The notes under the pieces are model-generated. The model made no database searches and was not told where the DNA came from. It saw only the letters and a program-made list of their open reading frames with translations. 64,000 bases of DNA from Tubulanus polymorphus (lineage: Eukaryota; Animalia; Nemertea), in assembly GCF_964204645.1 (NCBI RefSeq), contig NC_134031.1, positions 20,591,910 to 20,655,909 on the forward strand, in the 5' to 3' direction. The position numbers were made by a program, and so were the translations under genes. This document shows, piece by piece, positions 50,614 to 64,000 of this stretch. Each line of letters starts with the position of its first letter. The first letter of the stretch is position 1.

Positions 50614-53600
50614 GACTTGGATATTTTTAAAATATTTTTGTGATACTACATGTTTATATGAAATACATAACGCCAAACTCGGATATCACTAAGTCGGACA
50701 CATTTTTGTACGATCTCAAAAGATCTGCGACTTGAGCGAAGTGCACTTTATATGTTTACGGTCCAGCGTTGTGGCCCCGTGTACTGTCGATCCACTCGAT
50801 TTCAGACTAGATTCATTAATTGGAATCACTTAACAGATTGGTTCGCGCTAATGTTAGTGATTTCAACGACAACAAAACCGGCGCCCGGCTCGAGCACGAT
50901 ATAAACCACGCTTATTATCATCGATGAAAGTTCTTACGCGGCAAAGAAATTTTCCGTTGAAACTAAAACGGTTGAAAAGAAATGAAAGTGAGGAATCGAT
51001 GAAGACGAACCGTCGACGTCGTCTGCGAACTGATTCACGGTGGAAGGTACCGTCGTGTTTATCAATTTCAGACAGCACAAACCGACGATGTTCGGGATCT
51101 ATTTGAACATGTTCCATCTCTACAAACAAAATCGATCTCGTGGTCGATGGCCGCCGTAAACTGTACACATAAGCGGGCAGGGGAAAATTTATTCTAAAAT
51201 AGAGTTGAAGAATATATTGTTTCAGCGATGGAGATATTTTCACCGGTGACCATTCTGATCGGCTGATTGGCTGAATAAGCTGACTAATTCCCGTTTTATG
51301 GTTCCAGGAGCCTCGTACTATGAAGGGCCTTGTGTTTGTTTCCAAATACAGGGGATTCATTGATGATTGATTAAGTTGATCAATTCATAGAATAAATCAC
51401 ATATTCTTGCATTTCGTTTCTACTAGTTCAATCCGTGATAGAGATCATTTACCAAATTATGCTAGGTAAAGGTTTTGGAGGGAACTTCTTCTTCATCGTT
51501 CTAGCGATCATATTATATTCTTAGTTGATGTTGTAACCAAAATAGCTGTATTCTGTAGGCTTTGGGCATATTGAGGAAATTGTAACCAGAGACCAACGGT
51601 GAAAACTGACTTGAATCGTCCGTGGGAATGTTCGAATATCAGAATTTTCAGAATCGGAAAGTGGCAACAAATGCTAGTTACGGCCCTGGTGCGGATGTTT
51701 CGGTGGAATTACACGCTCAAAAATTCACGGGCATCATTTGCAACGTTGGAATGTTACCGCGGTATAATTATATCGAAACAATGCTCCGAGGTTTGTATTG
51801 GGATTGGTCATCGGGTGACGTGCTTTCTCGACGCCGGGTGCTGCTAGTAAAGTGGAGCGTAGCGTGACATTTACATCACTCGTGCACCGGAAGTGGAATC
51901 GTGTGTATCGAGTGACAGAGTTGAACTGCCACGTAATAAAATTAGGTCATGACGCGAATTGGCGTCGAACTAATGAACGAACATTCTCACGCGCTCGCGC
52001 AGTCCCATTTCGGAAACACACCGATAATAAATTGCATCTTTTACCGAATTAAGAAGAGCCATCAATTACACGTAGAACTGTATAGTTAGGCCTCTAGTTT
52101 GCGCAGTGCATCTTTATTTTTCTCGGTAGCAATCGATGAAAGTGCAATATCGTGTTGTAAACAGCAGCACGTTTAGTTGAACCGAGCACGTTGAATATTT
52201 ACTATTTATTTCAAACGCAATTGCACCGAATAAACGACCGTGACACGAAACGAAGAAGATTTATGGTAAAAAGACTGTAGATTTTATACGACTTTTATTC
52301 GACTAGAGTAAAACTACATAATCTGTATACTTTTGCTGGTAAAATCATAAGACTGTTTACGTGATACAGTGCTCAGCTCACATGTAAGTCAAATATGTAT
52401 TTATGTACTTTTTTATCGTTAATTTTTTCATGTATTGTAACAATCGAATTGGATACTAATGAATCACATGGCTACTGTAGAAAGCGGGGATTCAGCGATG
52501 AAATACCAGGGGATCGCTAATGGCACCGGGCTACCGCGGCGCGTTTCAATTTCTTCCTACTTTTCAATTAAACTAGAATCGACTTTTCTCATTATCAAAT
52601 CACTTTTCAGTGAAATCTACACCAAACACTGATTGAGAAAGCGAATCTTATATCTATATTCGACTTGTCTGATTTGAAAGCCTAAAAATCAAGTTCAAAT
52701 TTCATTGAAAAAGAACAGATTTTCTCCACGAATGATCCGGTGTTTTGTTGTCTTTTGGAGTTTGTCGAATTAAGGAAAAAAATTAAGGAATACAAATACG
52801 AACAAAATATATTGAAAATGGACACAAGAAAGTCCCGGGAACCAAACTCATGTGGTTTTGAATAAATGAACTCTGAACTGATATGGCAAGTCACGATAAC
52901 ATGATACTAATGAAGCTATAAGAAGGCTTTACTTTGTCTGTGAAATCCCCATCGTCTCGAATCCCGATAAAAGAAACGATCTATTTCTTTTGTACGGCCT
53001 CAACACTGACGATGCCCAAATACAGAATACACAGCCTGGATACGTAGTCTGATATATGACTGGGACATGCACAACATGATAGTCTGATTATTATTCAACA
53101 CGTCGTTCAACAAGAGAAGGTAATCACCTCGCGGGTCAGATTAATCCTGACCTGAAGTACCTTCTAGAATGTATCTCGCACCCGCAGGAATTTATCTGAT
53201 ATTATACGGTGATAATTCAAACCATTACGGGCTATTGCAGACGGCGCGATGAATACTGCTGGAGAGCGAGTAAAAAAGTTTAATGCCGATGTAACCGGAT
53301 TGCGATGAATTTCGATCACGGCGTCGTGGTCTCATCCGTTCGTGACGTCGACGTAACGAGCGCATCTCAGACAAACATCGGTACGTAATGAGAAAAAGAT
53401 TGACCCGCGCGACCTCGAAACGTCGCGCGGCATCGACCTGATGACCAGAATGCGTGATATTACTCGGGTTGAGCGTCGGTCGCCTGCTAATGCGGGTCAA
53501 GGTTAAAGAATATCTAAGGAAACGAGATAGATTTCTACGACTGCTTCAATAACGTGACTGAATGTGAAGGAAGCGTTCTGTCGACTGTTCAAAAATGTTC

Positions 53601-56600
53601 AAAAATGATACCGTGTTTCTCATTTCTACTGCGCTTAAAAGATGACCCGGTCGGCATATGTAGACATGTCGCTACATTTCCTACATAAACTGTAACTCTT
53701 CCAACATTCTACCGACTTCTAACCGTCATTCAACACATCATCAGCTAGTAATGTAATAAACACCCGAGCATGTTTTTTTTTCCTAAACAAGATATTCTGA
53801 CGCTAAAAATTTAAAGCCTGTTTTCAGCCTACAAGAGACACACAGTCGGCTTATTTTCAATTACGGTAAAGCAACCGTGCAACTCGTTTTAGACGATGTT
53901 CGAGAGAAACCTTTAAAAAGACGTAGAAAAAAACGAGGCACCATTAAGAGTTACCTTTGTCACTTGGTATTTTCCATTAAGTTTATTGACGGTTGAGTTT
54001 GATGTTTGTTTGCCGTTGGGGAAAAGAAAAAGACGATAAAAAACCGTTTGATGTTTCAACAGACTGTTTACTAAAAGAACACGAACATACTTAATTCCAA
54101 CGAACAAGAATTTCGGCCTCAAAATTGAATTACAGCCAGACTCTGTACCACTTCACCTCGTATCGCATAGAACAGATTACAGGTCGCATGTCTGACTTTG
54201 TAATTAGAAATCATCCTTAGAGAAGTGGATATTCTTTATAAGAGTTTCCAGACTAAACACCTATGCTATCTATGTTTTACATGTTCTAAAGTTTCCCAAG
54301 GCGTCCGGTCGTAAAACATATCCACGGGGGACCCAGCGATGAAATATGCCGGCGTTAATTCTTATTGGGACTTCTTCAATTAACGCTTACTGTTTACCAG
54401 ACGTGCATGTAATTAAATGTGATTAAACACTGAGTAAGGAATTAGTTTTGTGCCGATGCGACCGCGAACTGTACTCATCAAATTCACATTTCAAGACGAT
54501 ATTTCAACTCGCGTTTGGTTTCATGTAATCTAATAATTAGCTCGACTGTACAGGATTTCACCAGTTACTAATGATAGCCGATATAATTGCTACGACTAAT
54601 AGCAATGAAACCCCGCGGTGTATAACGGTCATATTTCCCAATAGCCCCCGACAATCTACCTGTCCTATCAATTATTGATCCGGGTAATTCGATCAATTGC
54701 AAGGTAAGTCTGATCGATGGCGACGCAAGCTGATACGCGCGGTACAAAGTTTGCGTCGGAAAAAATTGCTAATGCACTCGATTTTCATTTTTTTTTTCGT
54801 AAACTCGCTACAGCTACGGGAGAACATTATTGGATTCGTCACTGCACCTAAAACGCTCCGATCGATTGGGATGTCAACAACGATGCTTATTTTGCTTTTG
54901 ATAGAATCTTCTGAAAAATAGGTTTGTTTCCCCATGGCCTGGTAGATATGATGCGTTACCGTGAAGTCATGATAATTGATTGGAATTTTTCATGGAATAA
55001 ATTTTGGTCGAGACTATAGTTATTAATGAGGTGTATGTATCAGTGCTCAGGTCCACTTGTCACGAATGGTGAAAAGTACAAGTGACAACAGTTTTCGTTG
55101 TGTTCAAGAAAACAGAGTTCAAGTTTAATGCAGTCATTCGTACCCTGTTACTGTGAAAACGATTCGAAATTCTAATTCAGTTTCAAAAAGCTTTTCCTTT
55201 ATTACAAAAATTATTCCCTCAAAAATCGAACATGGTCATAAGTAGTACTAAGGATAACTTTCCCTTCAAAACATTGCGCGAATGTACGAGACACCCCATG
55301 GATAAACAATGATGTCGTTTTTCAGTTTCAGTGAAGGTTTCGTATCTTTATCCTTGTCACATTTCCCGACTAAACTGCTACCCCTCTCCATTACATGCAT
55401 ACGCACTGTTCGGCTCTTAGCTTGTGCTTCATGTCACTTGGCCGGTCAAATTAGTAATGTGTGATGTATGTTGTCTGAGACTGTTACGACGGCAGAGCCT
55501 GACACAATTCCCATAAAATGTGATATGTGGTCCTCTTGATAAATCTACGCTTCGTTACACAGCAAATGCAATAGCTCCTCCGCGTTGCCCCCTTCAAAGT
55601 GCGCGTATATCGACACACTTCTGTATATACAAGAATTTTCAAATATGAAAGGAGATGAAAAGCGTGCAAATAACCGATATCTAAAAAAAACATCCGATGA
55701 TGAAGATCGTGATTTTATATTGAAAGTTTTCCTTCTATATCTACTTAAAAGAAAACGTGGCGAAAATTGGAATATTTCTATATAAAATACGGTCAAGTAT
55801 ATTGACGTGAAACCTTATACTATGAAGTATCAGTCAACTGAGAATAATGAAGAAAAAGTATGAAAATATTTGGCGTATCAGTAAACTGAATCGGTATTGA
55901 AAATGGCTCAGAATTATTGAGTCATATTCTCTGGTAGATTTTTCTTGATATTGTGAGTCTTTATTTAGGCGGTTATACTTGTCCATTGAAACCACGGTTT
56001 ATGAGTAGTAATTACTTAGGGCACAGTTAGTTCAGCTCGATCTCTTATCGTCCAATCTAACAATGTCTACTTTTCGACCGTTGTAATGGTAAAAGCAAGT
56101 GCAGGGTTGACCACCAGGGTTGGCCACATTTTCCAGGTTCGAAAGAACGAAAAACAAATATAAACCTACCAAAGTCTCATCCACCTTCTCACGCCTATTT
56201 TAACAATATACATTTATCAAAATTAGAAATATCGTCGGTTGCAAATCGAAAATAAGAAATGTAGTCGGCTTTCTGTTACTCGCTGCTTAAATATGTATCA
56301 TCATATATTCTGCTAGATATTTTCGAATGACTGTTGGAGAATGCGAGTTAATTCACAGTTAGCGCCGTTAGAAAGAAACGTGGATATGAATTGGATATAA
56401 ACGTCGTCGAACTTTCTCCCCAAAGAGCTGAATAGCTAGAAATCTGACATTTAGAAATCATCTATTTTCTGGTGATAATCCGAATGGAACTAAACACATG
56501 TCATCAATGATATTTCAGCGCCCTATATTACCAACACGACGGCCCGAAGATGAAGATGATGGCGACGAAACTGTTTCGCTGAAATATCGGTTTTTACGAC

Positions 56601-58251
56601 GGTTCGTCTGCCATTTATTGAGCAATTATAGATTCGGATTCAGCGAGAAAGAGTACGATATCACGAAAATCGAAGATCGGCGGGTTTCCTCGACGGAAAT
56701 CGCCGTATCGCCTGCCAGGAGACAATACACAGCCTCCAGACAGGCCGACCTAGGTCGTGTACGGTATTTCATTAGCTCATATCGAAAGCATTTGCCGAAT
56801 AAAAGTTTACCGAAGGATTTTCCTCGACGACGCATTAGCTGTGTCGGAGACACGGTGTGCATACAACACAGCGCGCTGAGGTTATTTCGTGATTTCAAAG
56901 AATACCAGTAAAGCCGTGGGGATATAGTATTTCACCCCGGCCTTGTTGCACTGTCTGACAGCAGACACGCATAAACAACCGACATACAAAGACACGAAAC
57001 GAGAGACATTTGAGGTTTCGAAAACATTAATTTTGACACAATCGTCGCCACGTATCTTTTTTTGTCGTCTTCTAGTGTCGCCGAAAAAGAAACAGTTTAG
57101 TCGAAAACATGTTAACGAGTATACTGTGTGCGTCTGGTTTCAGATTCCAAAAACAAATTGATTGAATGCGAACCTAAAAACAGGTGTTATCAAACATAAG
57201 AAATCCCACAATGATTTCAGCAAAAGACGAAAAGTTCATGTAGTAAATTGGTAACGTTTCGGCTATGAATAGCCATCATCAGGCGAACTGATCAAGAATA
57301 AAGTTACGAGATATTCATACAAGAATCAAACATAGGAAGGGACTGAATGATTGAAAAGTTGAAAGGCGAAAACCTTTTTTCATAAGTCCGAAAACAAGAA
57401 ATAAGATTAAAAAAAATGTTGAAATGGAGAATTGAAAAACGATTTTTCAATCCACGTGAAACACGATCAGTCGAGAAGATAGTGTTGATAATTTGTAATG
57501 GTTGTATACACTAGTCTCATACCCTCTTACAGTAGTAAAACTACTCGTAAAACGCTACTCGAGTCGGTCTAGAGTCGGTAAGTTTTACGAATGATCCTTG
57601 ACGGATTTACACGGTTAAACACTACCGAGTAGAAATGCGTAGTCTAATATACACCCTTTTGTTGTGCTACTCGGATATCGCAATTCACGTCATTGGATGG
57701 AAAAATATGTTAATAACCGATCGGGCACATTGAAAATACCCGGATATAAGAACGATTTACACGGTTATATATATAGTTTGAATCCCTTTTATCTTTATAA
57801 AGCGGCAGTTGTTAAAACACTTTAAATCGGAGAAACTTTTTATTTGGATAGTACAAAATGTTAATAATCGATCGGACACCTTCAAAATAACCGTTTGTAC
57901 GGTTATATAGTTTGACTCCCCCATATCTCATTAAGCACCAGTTAGTATATTTTCAATTAGAGAAGCCTCTTTATCTATCAAATTCTATGTAATTTCTAAT
58001 CTTTCTCTATATTTTGTGAAGAGCATTGAAGTTTTCATAATGTAACTCACTTTTAAGTAATAAATTATCATTATTGTAATTTGAATTAAATAATTATGAT
58101 CTATTGAATCAATACATTATTACTATAGTTATTGACGAAGTTAAAACACTATACAATGAATCACGAAAGAAAAGAGTTGAATAAGTAATTTCCGATGATT
58201 ATCGATATTCTAAGTTGTACGACTTATATTCATTAGTGATAAGTATCTTAC

Positions 58252-58404
58252 CGATTGTTTGATCAGTTCACACTTTTGGTCGGTGACGAAACTCGGGGAA
58301 GGCGGCGCAGATGACGACGCCGTTTTAAGTAAAGGATTAGCTTCGTGTTCGTCGTCTTGAAGTTGAGATTCCTGATTACAGCGATCAGGCGTCATTTCCG
58401 GTGT
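58252..58404 (-). CDS. Candidate coding exon, probably upstream in the same gene as 50416-49373
   Basis: ttttgcag acceptor, tcg|gtaaga donor, 153 nt open in phase 0-0 (TPEMTPDRC...EHEANPLL...ELIKQS). Confidence 0.5.
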
Positions 58405-61400
58405 CTGCAAAATCATGAAGAGAAATAGTTATTGAAAAGCACTTTGTAAACGAAGTATCAATAGAAAAACATTTTAACTCGATAAAAGTTGATTCACTTA
58501 GATTTGATGATATTAGCAAATATCGAGGAAATCCTCGATCCAGTTTCGCGATAGAATTCTAACTCAAAATTTCATCTAATTGATTTTGGTTACTTCATGT
58601 TTCGATAGGGCTTAAGGCTGATTTTCTTGAGCAGACTCCAGCTAGCTTGTTCATATACGCTTAGTGACTTCTTTCTGCTGTCCACAGTTCTTTCAGCTCG
58701 GGGCCAATTTTCCGGGATTTACGGGTGGTTGGTTTCCTGCGGCAACAGGAGAAAGCTAGCTATAGTAACCGCTCGTAAAAATCATGCTTTCGTATCACGT
58801 TATAAAAATAATCATTCTTATAATTCATGTTTATGAGAATCGAAATGACCCATTTTTAATCTAGAAACTTGCCTGTCAACAAAGTGATATTGTAGTTAAG
58901 AAATATATGTTTTCCTCTTTAGTTGAGAAAATCTCATTTCAATCTTAATTCAATTTTAATTGATAATTCTTTTAAAATGTGAATGAGTTATTCGAAGAAA
59001 GAATTACAACGAATAAACCATTTTTAGCTGATATCCGCCATTTTGTTATGAAAGTTTTGTCCTGTATTGTTGGGTCTTTATTCTAAAAACTATTTGTGAT
59101 GCATTTTCTATCATATTTCACCGGACTCCTTTCGACAACTTTGTCATATCTAAGTCTCAAAGCAAACTTGATAATTTTACCATTAAGACCATTGTCTAAG
59201 TTTAAGTTTTATCGTTTGAATCTAATTTTTGCGATTAATGAAGTAAGAATTTTTAAAAGAAAACGAACTGAATAAACAGCAAATGACGTAAATTTCGGAA
59301 AACTTCCCGATAAACGAATGATGCGTAATCCGATGATCTAGATTACATTAGCCGGTTAAACTCGGTAATCATTAGTGGCATCTAGAATTGCATCGGAATT
59401 CGGTGACATTTTTTATTAGGAGACGCTCGAATTTCCGCGATTTACATCAGCTCTAGGCGCGATGTACGCTTCTGCTGCTTTTCAATAAGAGTCGTCATAG
59501 AGAATAAATACACAGGCGGTTTTTAGCCGGCATTTAAATAATTCATGCTCGAAGCATTAGTTTGAGATATACATCATATTGCTTGCTTGCTTGCTCCAAG
59601 ATTTTCAAGCGACATCGAACGAATATGCGGTGTGTGTATCGTATTCGGAGAGAGATCGATGATTTAAGAAGAAGAAGAAGATCTCGCTGCAGGTTGTTGT
59701 CTCGCAAGTTACAGTGAGATCGCTTCGCAAAAATGGTGCGCTGTCAGTCAGTGTACCTGTATACTGTGTGCGCGATAGCTTAGAGTGGTGACAACGAGAT
59801 ATTTTTTCAATATATATATATATAGATAATATGAAATAAAATAGGAATAATAACCAAAAAACTACAACGATATTTCGTATACTGATTATAATCGTGAACG
59901 AAATAATAGAAATGCTCGTGTAAGAGTTTTAGATGTGTGAAAACTTGGGTTGAAATCAATATTTTCAGTGAGCGATGTGTTATACTAACATGGGCTTCCC
60001 AGTGACTATTCGGGCCGTTATTTTGTTAGTAATCAGTTGATCTGCCTATATTGTGCATCAGTAAGAATTTCTGTGCTCTAAGTTAAGCGAATGTCCGTTT
60101 GCCGAGTAAACTTAAACTAAACTTAACTAAACCAAACTAAAATGTCGCACGGAGGGGAAGTGTGAGTGACACTTTGCGTGAGTAATTTCGCTGTAAACAT
60201 GAATTCGGTGCGGTTTTATTCTCACGGGGTAAGGGGTATTACATTGTCGATGCTGTTTAATGTATAGTTTAAACCAACAGAAATAGACGGGCGACTCCGA
60301 CGAGAAGACATGACATCTCGTTCTTAATATATAGATACGCGGGTATGATAAACTAAAGTTCAATCCATAAATAAATAGTATAAATAATAATAGATACTAG
60401 GTAAATAGTAATAATATAAATTCTTCAACTCGTCGACTTTGCGATGCACGAAGAAAATCGATGATATCGGACTGGAATACATTCGCTTCCAACGTGTTCA
60501 GCGTCTTTGAAATAGCGACGGTTTTCTGAGGTGACGGCATCAAACTGAAGTAATTTTCTCATGTAGTAAGCTGCAAACGGATTCTTTAAGATACGTGACC
60601 GGTTTTCGTTAACGCAACGGATCAATATTCAACTACAAAACTAGTGACCTTAACAACACGTTTAGTCCTACGAACTGTTATCTATTTGGTTGGAAGCGAC
60701 GACTTGGCGCCTGTTGGTATCAACAAGGAAGAGATTTATATCATCCAGTAACTCGGAATTTAAATCATCTTAGAATAATCCTACGTTTAAAAAAAAAACA
60801 TCATTGAATTCTGAATTTCTTATCAACGTTTCTATTATAAGACTTTGTTTGTTTTGCTTAACGTCATTCGGATCTTGGTTTCCAAAGACTTATCGTCTTG
60901 GATTGTTCATTTAACCTCACGACGGGACGACCTTGAAGTGTGGCCCGCACACTGTAAGCAGCCGGCGGCAGGACTCGAACCCACTTGTCACTCAGCACTG
61001 ATATAGTGAATTATATCGCTGATATTCCCTTTGACAACATAACAATGTTTCTACGAGCAGATTTCAACGTCACTTTGTCTTATTTTCAACTATCGTCAGA
61101 GCCTTCTCTACACCATTGACGCATAAACTAGATTTTAGTTCATTTTTACACGCATTATGAAAGTCAGGTTTCGGTAATGAAATAATCAACTAAATAAATA
61201 CGGCGGGCGACAACAGCTGCCCTCCGAGACATTCGGATTATTTTGGTACTCCGAAAATCAAAACTCATTTTTCATCAGCCACTCGTGCCTCTACGTCCTT
61301 GGCCGTCGTTGCAAAAGCGAAAGGTCGAACATGAATAATCGCCCTGCGCAACGCGGATTTTTATGGCCGACAGGAATGATTTTGGTTTCAAGCAGATTTT

Positions 61401-62020
61401 ACACGTTTCTGTATACAATCGGTCCCGGAGCTGTATAAATACCATAACGCCTCGTTGTCTACGGGTTTGACGTGCATATTCAGGAAACAGTAAAATATTT
61501 TGTTGTCGCAGTTGCCGAGGGACATCCGCTCGGGTTGATTTAAGTATCTCGTCTAACGACATTTTATTGTTACAATATTCTATCAGCGGCTCGCCATTAA
61601 TATGTCACGTTGAGAAACCACTTATCTGAGTGTATGCTTCGACAAGTGCGCCATATACGCGGCGTTCAGATCATCTTAAATCACACGTCAGGCTAATATG
61701 ATTTCCGACAGTAGAAACACGAAAATCGCCGCCACTGCCGTCGCGTGATATGAAACCTGTCGGAATAATTGATCAAATAACGATTCGAAATGGGTCAAAA
61801 TAGGAAAGGATACCGCACTGGACATCTGCTATACATTTGTCTCTAGTGTTGACCTTACTTAAATTATGATATTACTAAAATCGTCTGTTCTCTTTTGGTG
61901 CCAATTTAGTAGGGCGGGAAGTCCTTCGGATAATTTTCTACGACATACTCAGATTGTCCCAAGCGAGTACAAGCGAAGGACACCAATAGGCCTCAACATG
62001 CCTCCATAAGTCCGTGATAT

Positions 62021-62056
<36 letters not shown>

Positions 62057-62075
62057 GTAACAATCTCATGCAATC
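62021..62075. repeat. (GAT)n microsatellite
   Basis: Seen directly in the sequence. Confidence 0.95.
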
Positions 62076-63076
62076 ACCTGAATCGAACCTAGGGTTCTTC
62101 TACGCACAACGCAAGTTGAAATTGATATCCATTTTCATTGAAATGTTACATTATTGGACGTCATTAAGAATATATCTATATATAGATCTACATTTAATCT
62201 ATCAATTGTGAAGTATTTTTTGGACACACACATTTAAAGAAAGGAAATGAAATATGTTTCTCCACATTCCCGGATTCGCGTATAAATTGGTTTATACAGA
62301 TTTGCGATGTCGTCATATTTTAGGAGGAAGTTGTGGAAACCACGACGTTGATCAAATACGAACACAGATTGAGTTCAGAGAATTATTGTAGCCAGAGCAC
62401 TTAATCCGATAAATCAAAACATTGCGCGATCGCCGCTAGGCAATCTGGACTAACATGACGATTTATTATACAACCATATCTAAGGCTTGGTTGATAGCTG
62501 GTAGATCTAGTTTTTAAGACGCTGGACATGTATATAATGTCCAAATGTTTGAAAATACCCGGAGATGTGGACGCACAAAGAATTCTACTAATGTCTACCG
62601 TCTTTTTTTGACCGATGGCGTGATGTGAAGAAAGATCGTATATTGACCTGAATCATTTAGAGAATTAGCCGTCGCAGTTGTGCGGCTCAACATACGTTTT
62701 CTGGTTTAGGCGACGAATAACAGTACAGATTAATACGCGAATGGCGTAATTTGTAAGATTTCGACAAGCAAAAGGAATTTCTTCGACATTGTTCCTCATT
62801 GTCGGAGGAAATTTCACTAAATAAATAAACACTTAAATATCAACTGCGGGTTTTACTTGTCAACTCAAAATATTGAGATTAATATCAGTCTACCGTCAAT
62901 TTATTCGATTGTATGAAGTAATATATATTTAGTGATATGTTAGTTTCTCGGTCGAGCTGGGGCCAAAGGATGGTTAACTCCTAACGTGTAGTTAACGTGC
63001 ACTAACCGGTCGTTAGCTAACGGCTGTTTGAGCAACACTTTTTAACCAACTTTTGAGCGACCGGGAATCCAGCATC

Positions 63077-63220
63077 TAGGGGCCGGTTGCATAGTCATTG
63101 CTTAGACCTAAGACCAGTCTAAGACCAACTAAGTTAGAAAGCCAATCTAACAACTTAAGACCTGTCTTAAGATTTAAGACCACTTTTGGACTTAAATCAC
63201 GACTGTGCAACTGGCCCCTG
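63077..63220. mobile_element. PIF/Harbinger-like MITE, same family as 26582-26733
   Basis: TIRs gggccggttgcatagtc / gactgtgcaactggccc and a highly similar interior. Confidence 0.7.
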
Positions 63221-64000
63221 GTTTTTAATCCCCAAGAAAGAGACATCCTATCAGTTCTATAAGTGGTGATGGCGAAAGTTTCAATCATCTTTTCAGGGTG
63301 ATAGAGATTGCGCAGAAGACGACGATATATCGATATAGATATTTCCAACCGTCTGCCAGACTGTCGCGTCGCGGGCAGCAACTGGCAAATATATACAATA
63401 TTGCCAGTTCGGAAAAAAACTCCGATATCTCCGTTTATTAGATAAGACCGAATAATAACATAAATTGACATATCTCCTGACAATTGAAATAAGAGGTTTT
63501 CGCTTTCCTGCTGAAGCAGATTTATGGGCGATGTCAAGTTTTATAAGCTTCGGATCGTTTGGCTATCAAATATAATGTGTATCGCCACATGACAGGATTG
63601 ATTTATTGCGAATAGAATCCCAAGACAAGTAGTGAAATTTCCTATGAAACCTTCAGAAGACGGGCCATTAGTAAATATAGCATATTCACTGGATTTCACC
63701 AGCGCGTGTTTTTCAAGAAATGCATTCCATATGAGAGTAATCAAAAGTTGTTGCAGAAAGTTCAATAATGGAGTTTTTATGGAGGTTGCTATAACTCCGT
63801 GGTTTATGGATGGCACCAGCCTTTACGAGATTGGCCCATAACATATATAGACATTTACAACATCGTCTCATACTTTACGACGATTCTTCGCGTGTCTTTA
63901 TCAACATCAGCCCCGAGTATCGAAACATGATATCGGTTCGGATGCGAAAAAACGCCACCGGGATGGATAACTGCTGACCACACGGATCGTGTGAATAATT

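Noticed and set aside
56498-56911. 137-aa + strand ORF and overlapping 90-aa - strand ORF
   Set aside because: No recognisable domain or convincing splice context; cannot be supported without expression data.
63076-63841. Two same-frame - strand ORFs and a + strand ORF
   Set aside because: Non-ATG starts, one ORF runs into a MITE, and there is no recognisable protein similarity.

Overview
This is an AT-rich, intron-dense animal genomic window; gene content and repeat style suggest a marine invertebrate, probably a lophotrochozoan (inference). From left to right: (1) the 5' half of a Vav Rho-GEF gene on the - strand (CH, acidic and DH exons; runs off the left edge), with a second acidic/tyrosine exon and an internal start exon that predict alternative or CH-less isoforms; (2) head-to-head with it, a + strand locus holding a 96-aa ORF ending in a CaaX box immediately upstream of RABEPK, with splice and poly(A) signals suggesting a shared or bicistronic transcription unit; (3) a complete 25-exon valyl-tRNA synthetase gene on the - strand; (4) a recent tandem duplication of an intronless orphan class A GPCR, each copy followed by a relic of a third paralogue, with RTE and piggyBac-like insertions in one copy; (5) a two-exon small secreted LDLa/Cys-rich protein gene; (6) an orphan 171-aa ORF; (7) a large acidic terminal exon ending in a PDZ-type motif plus a candidate upstream exon. 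There are many MITE-like elements, minisatellites and microsatellites. All exon structures were derived by hand from GT-AG signals and frame continuity; no database searches were run.
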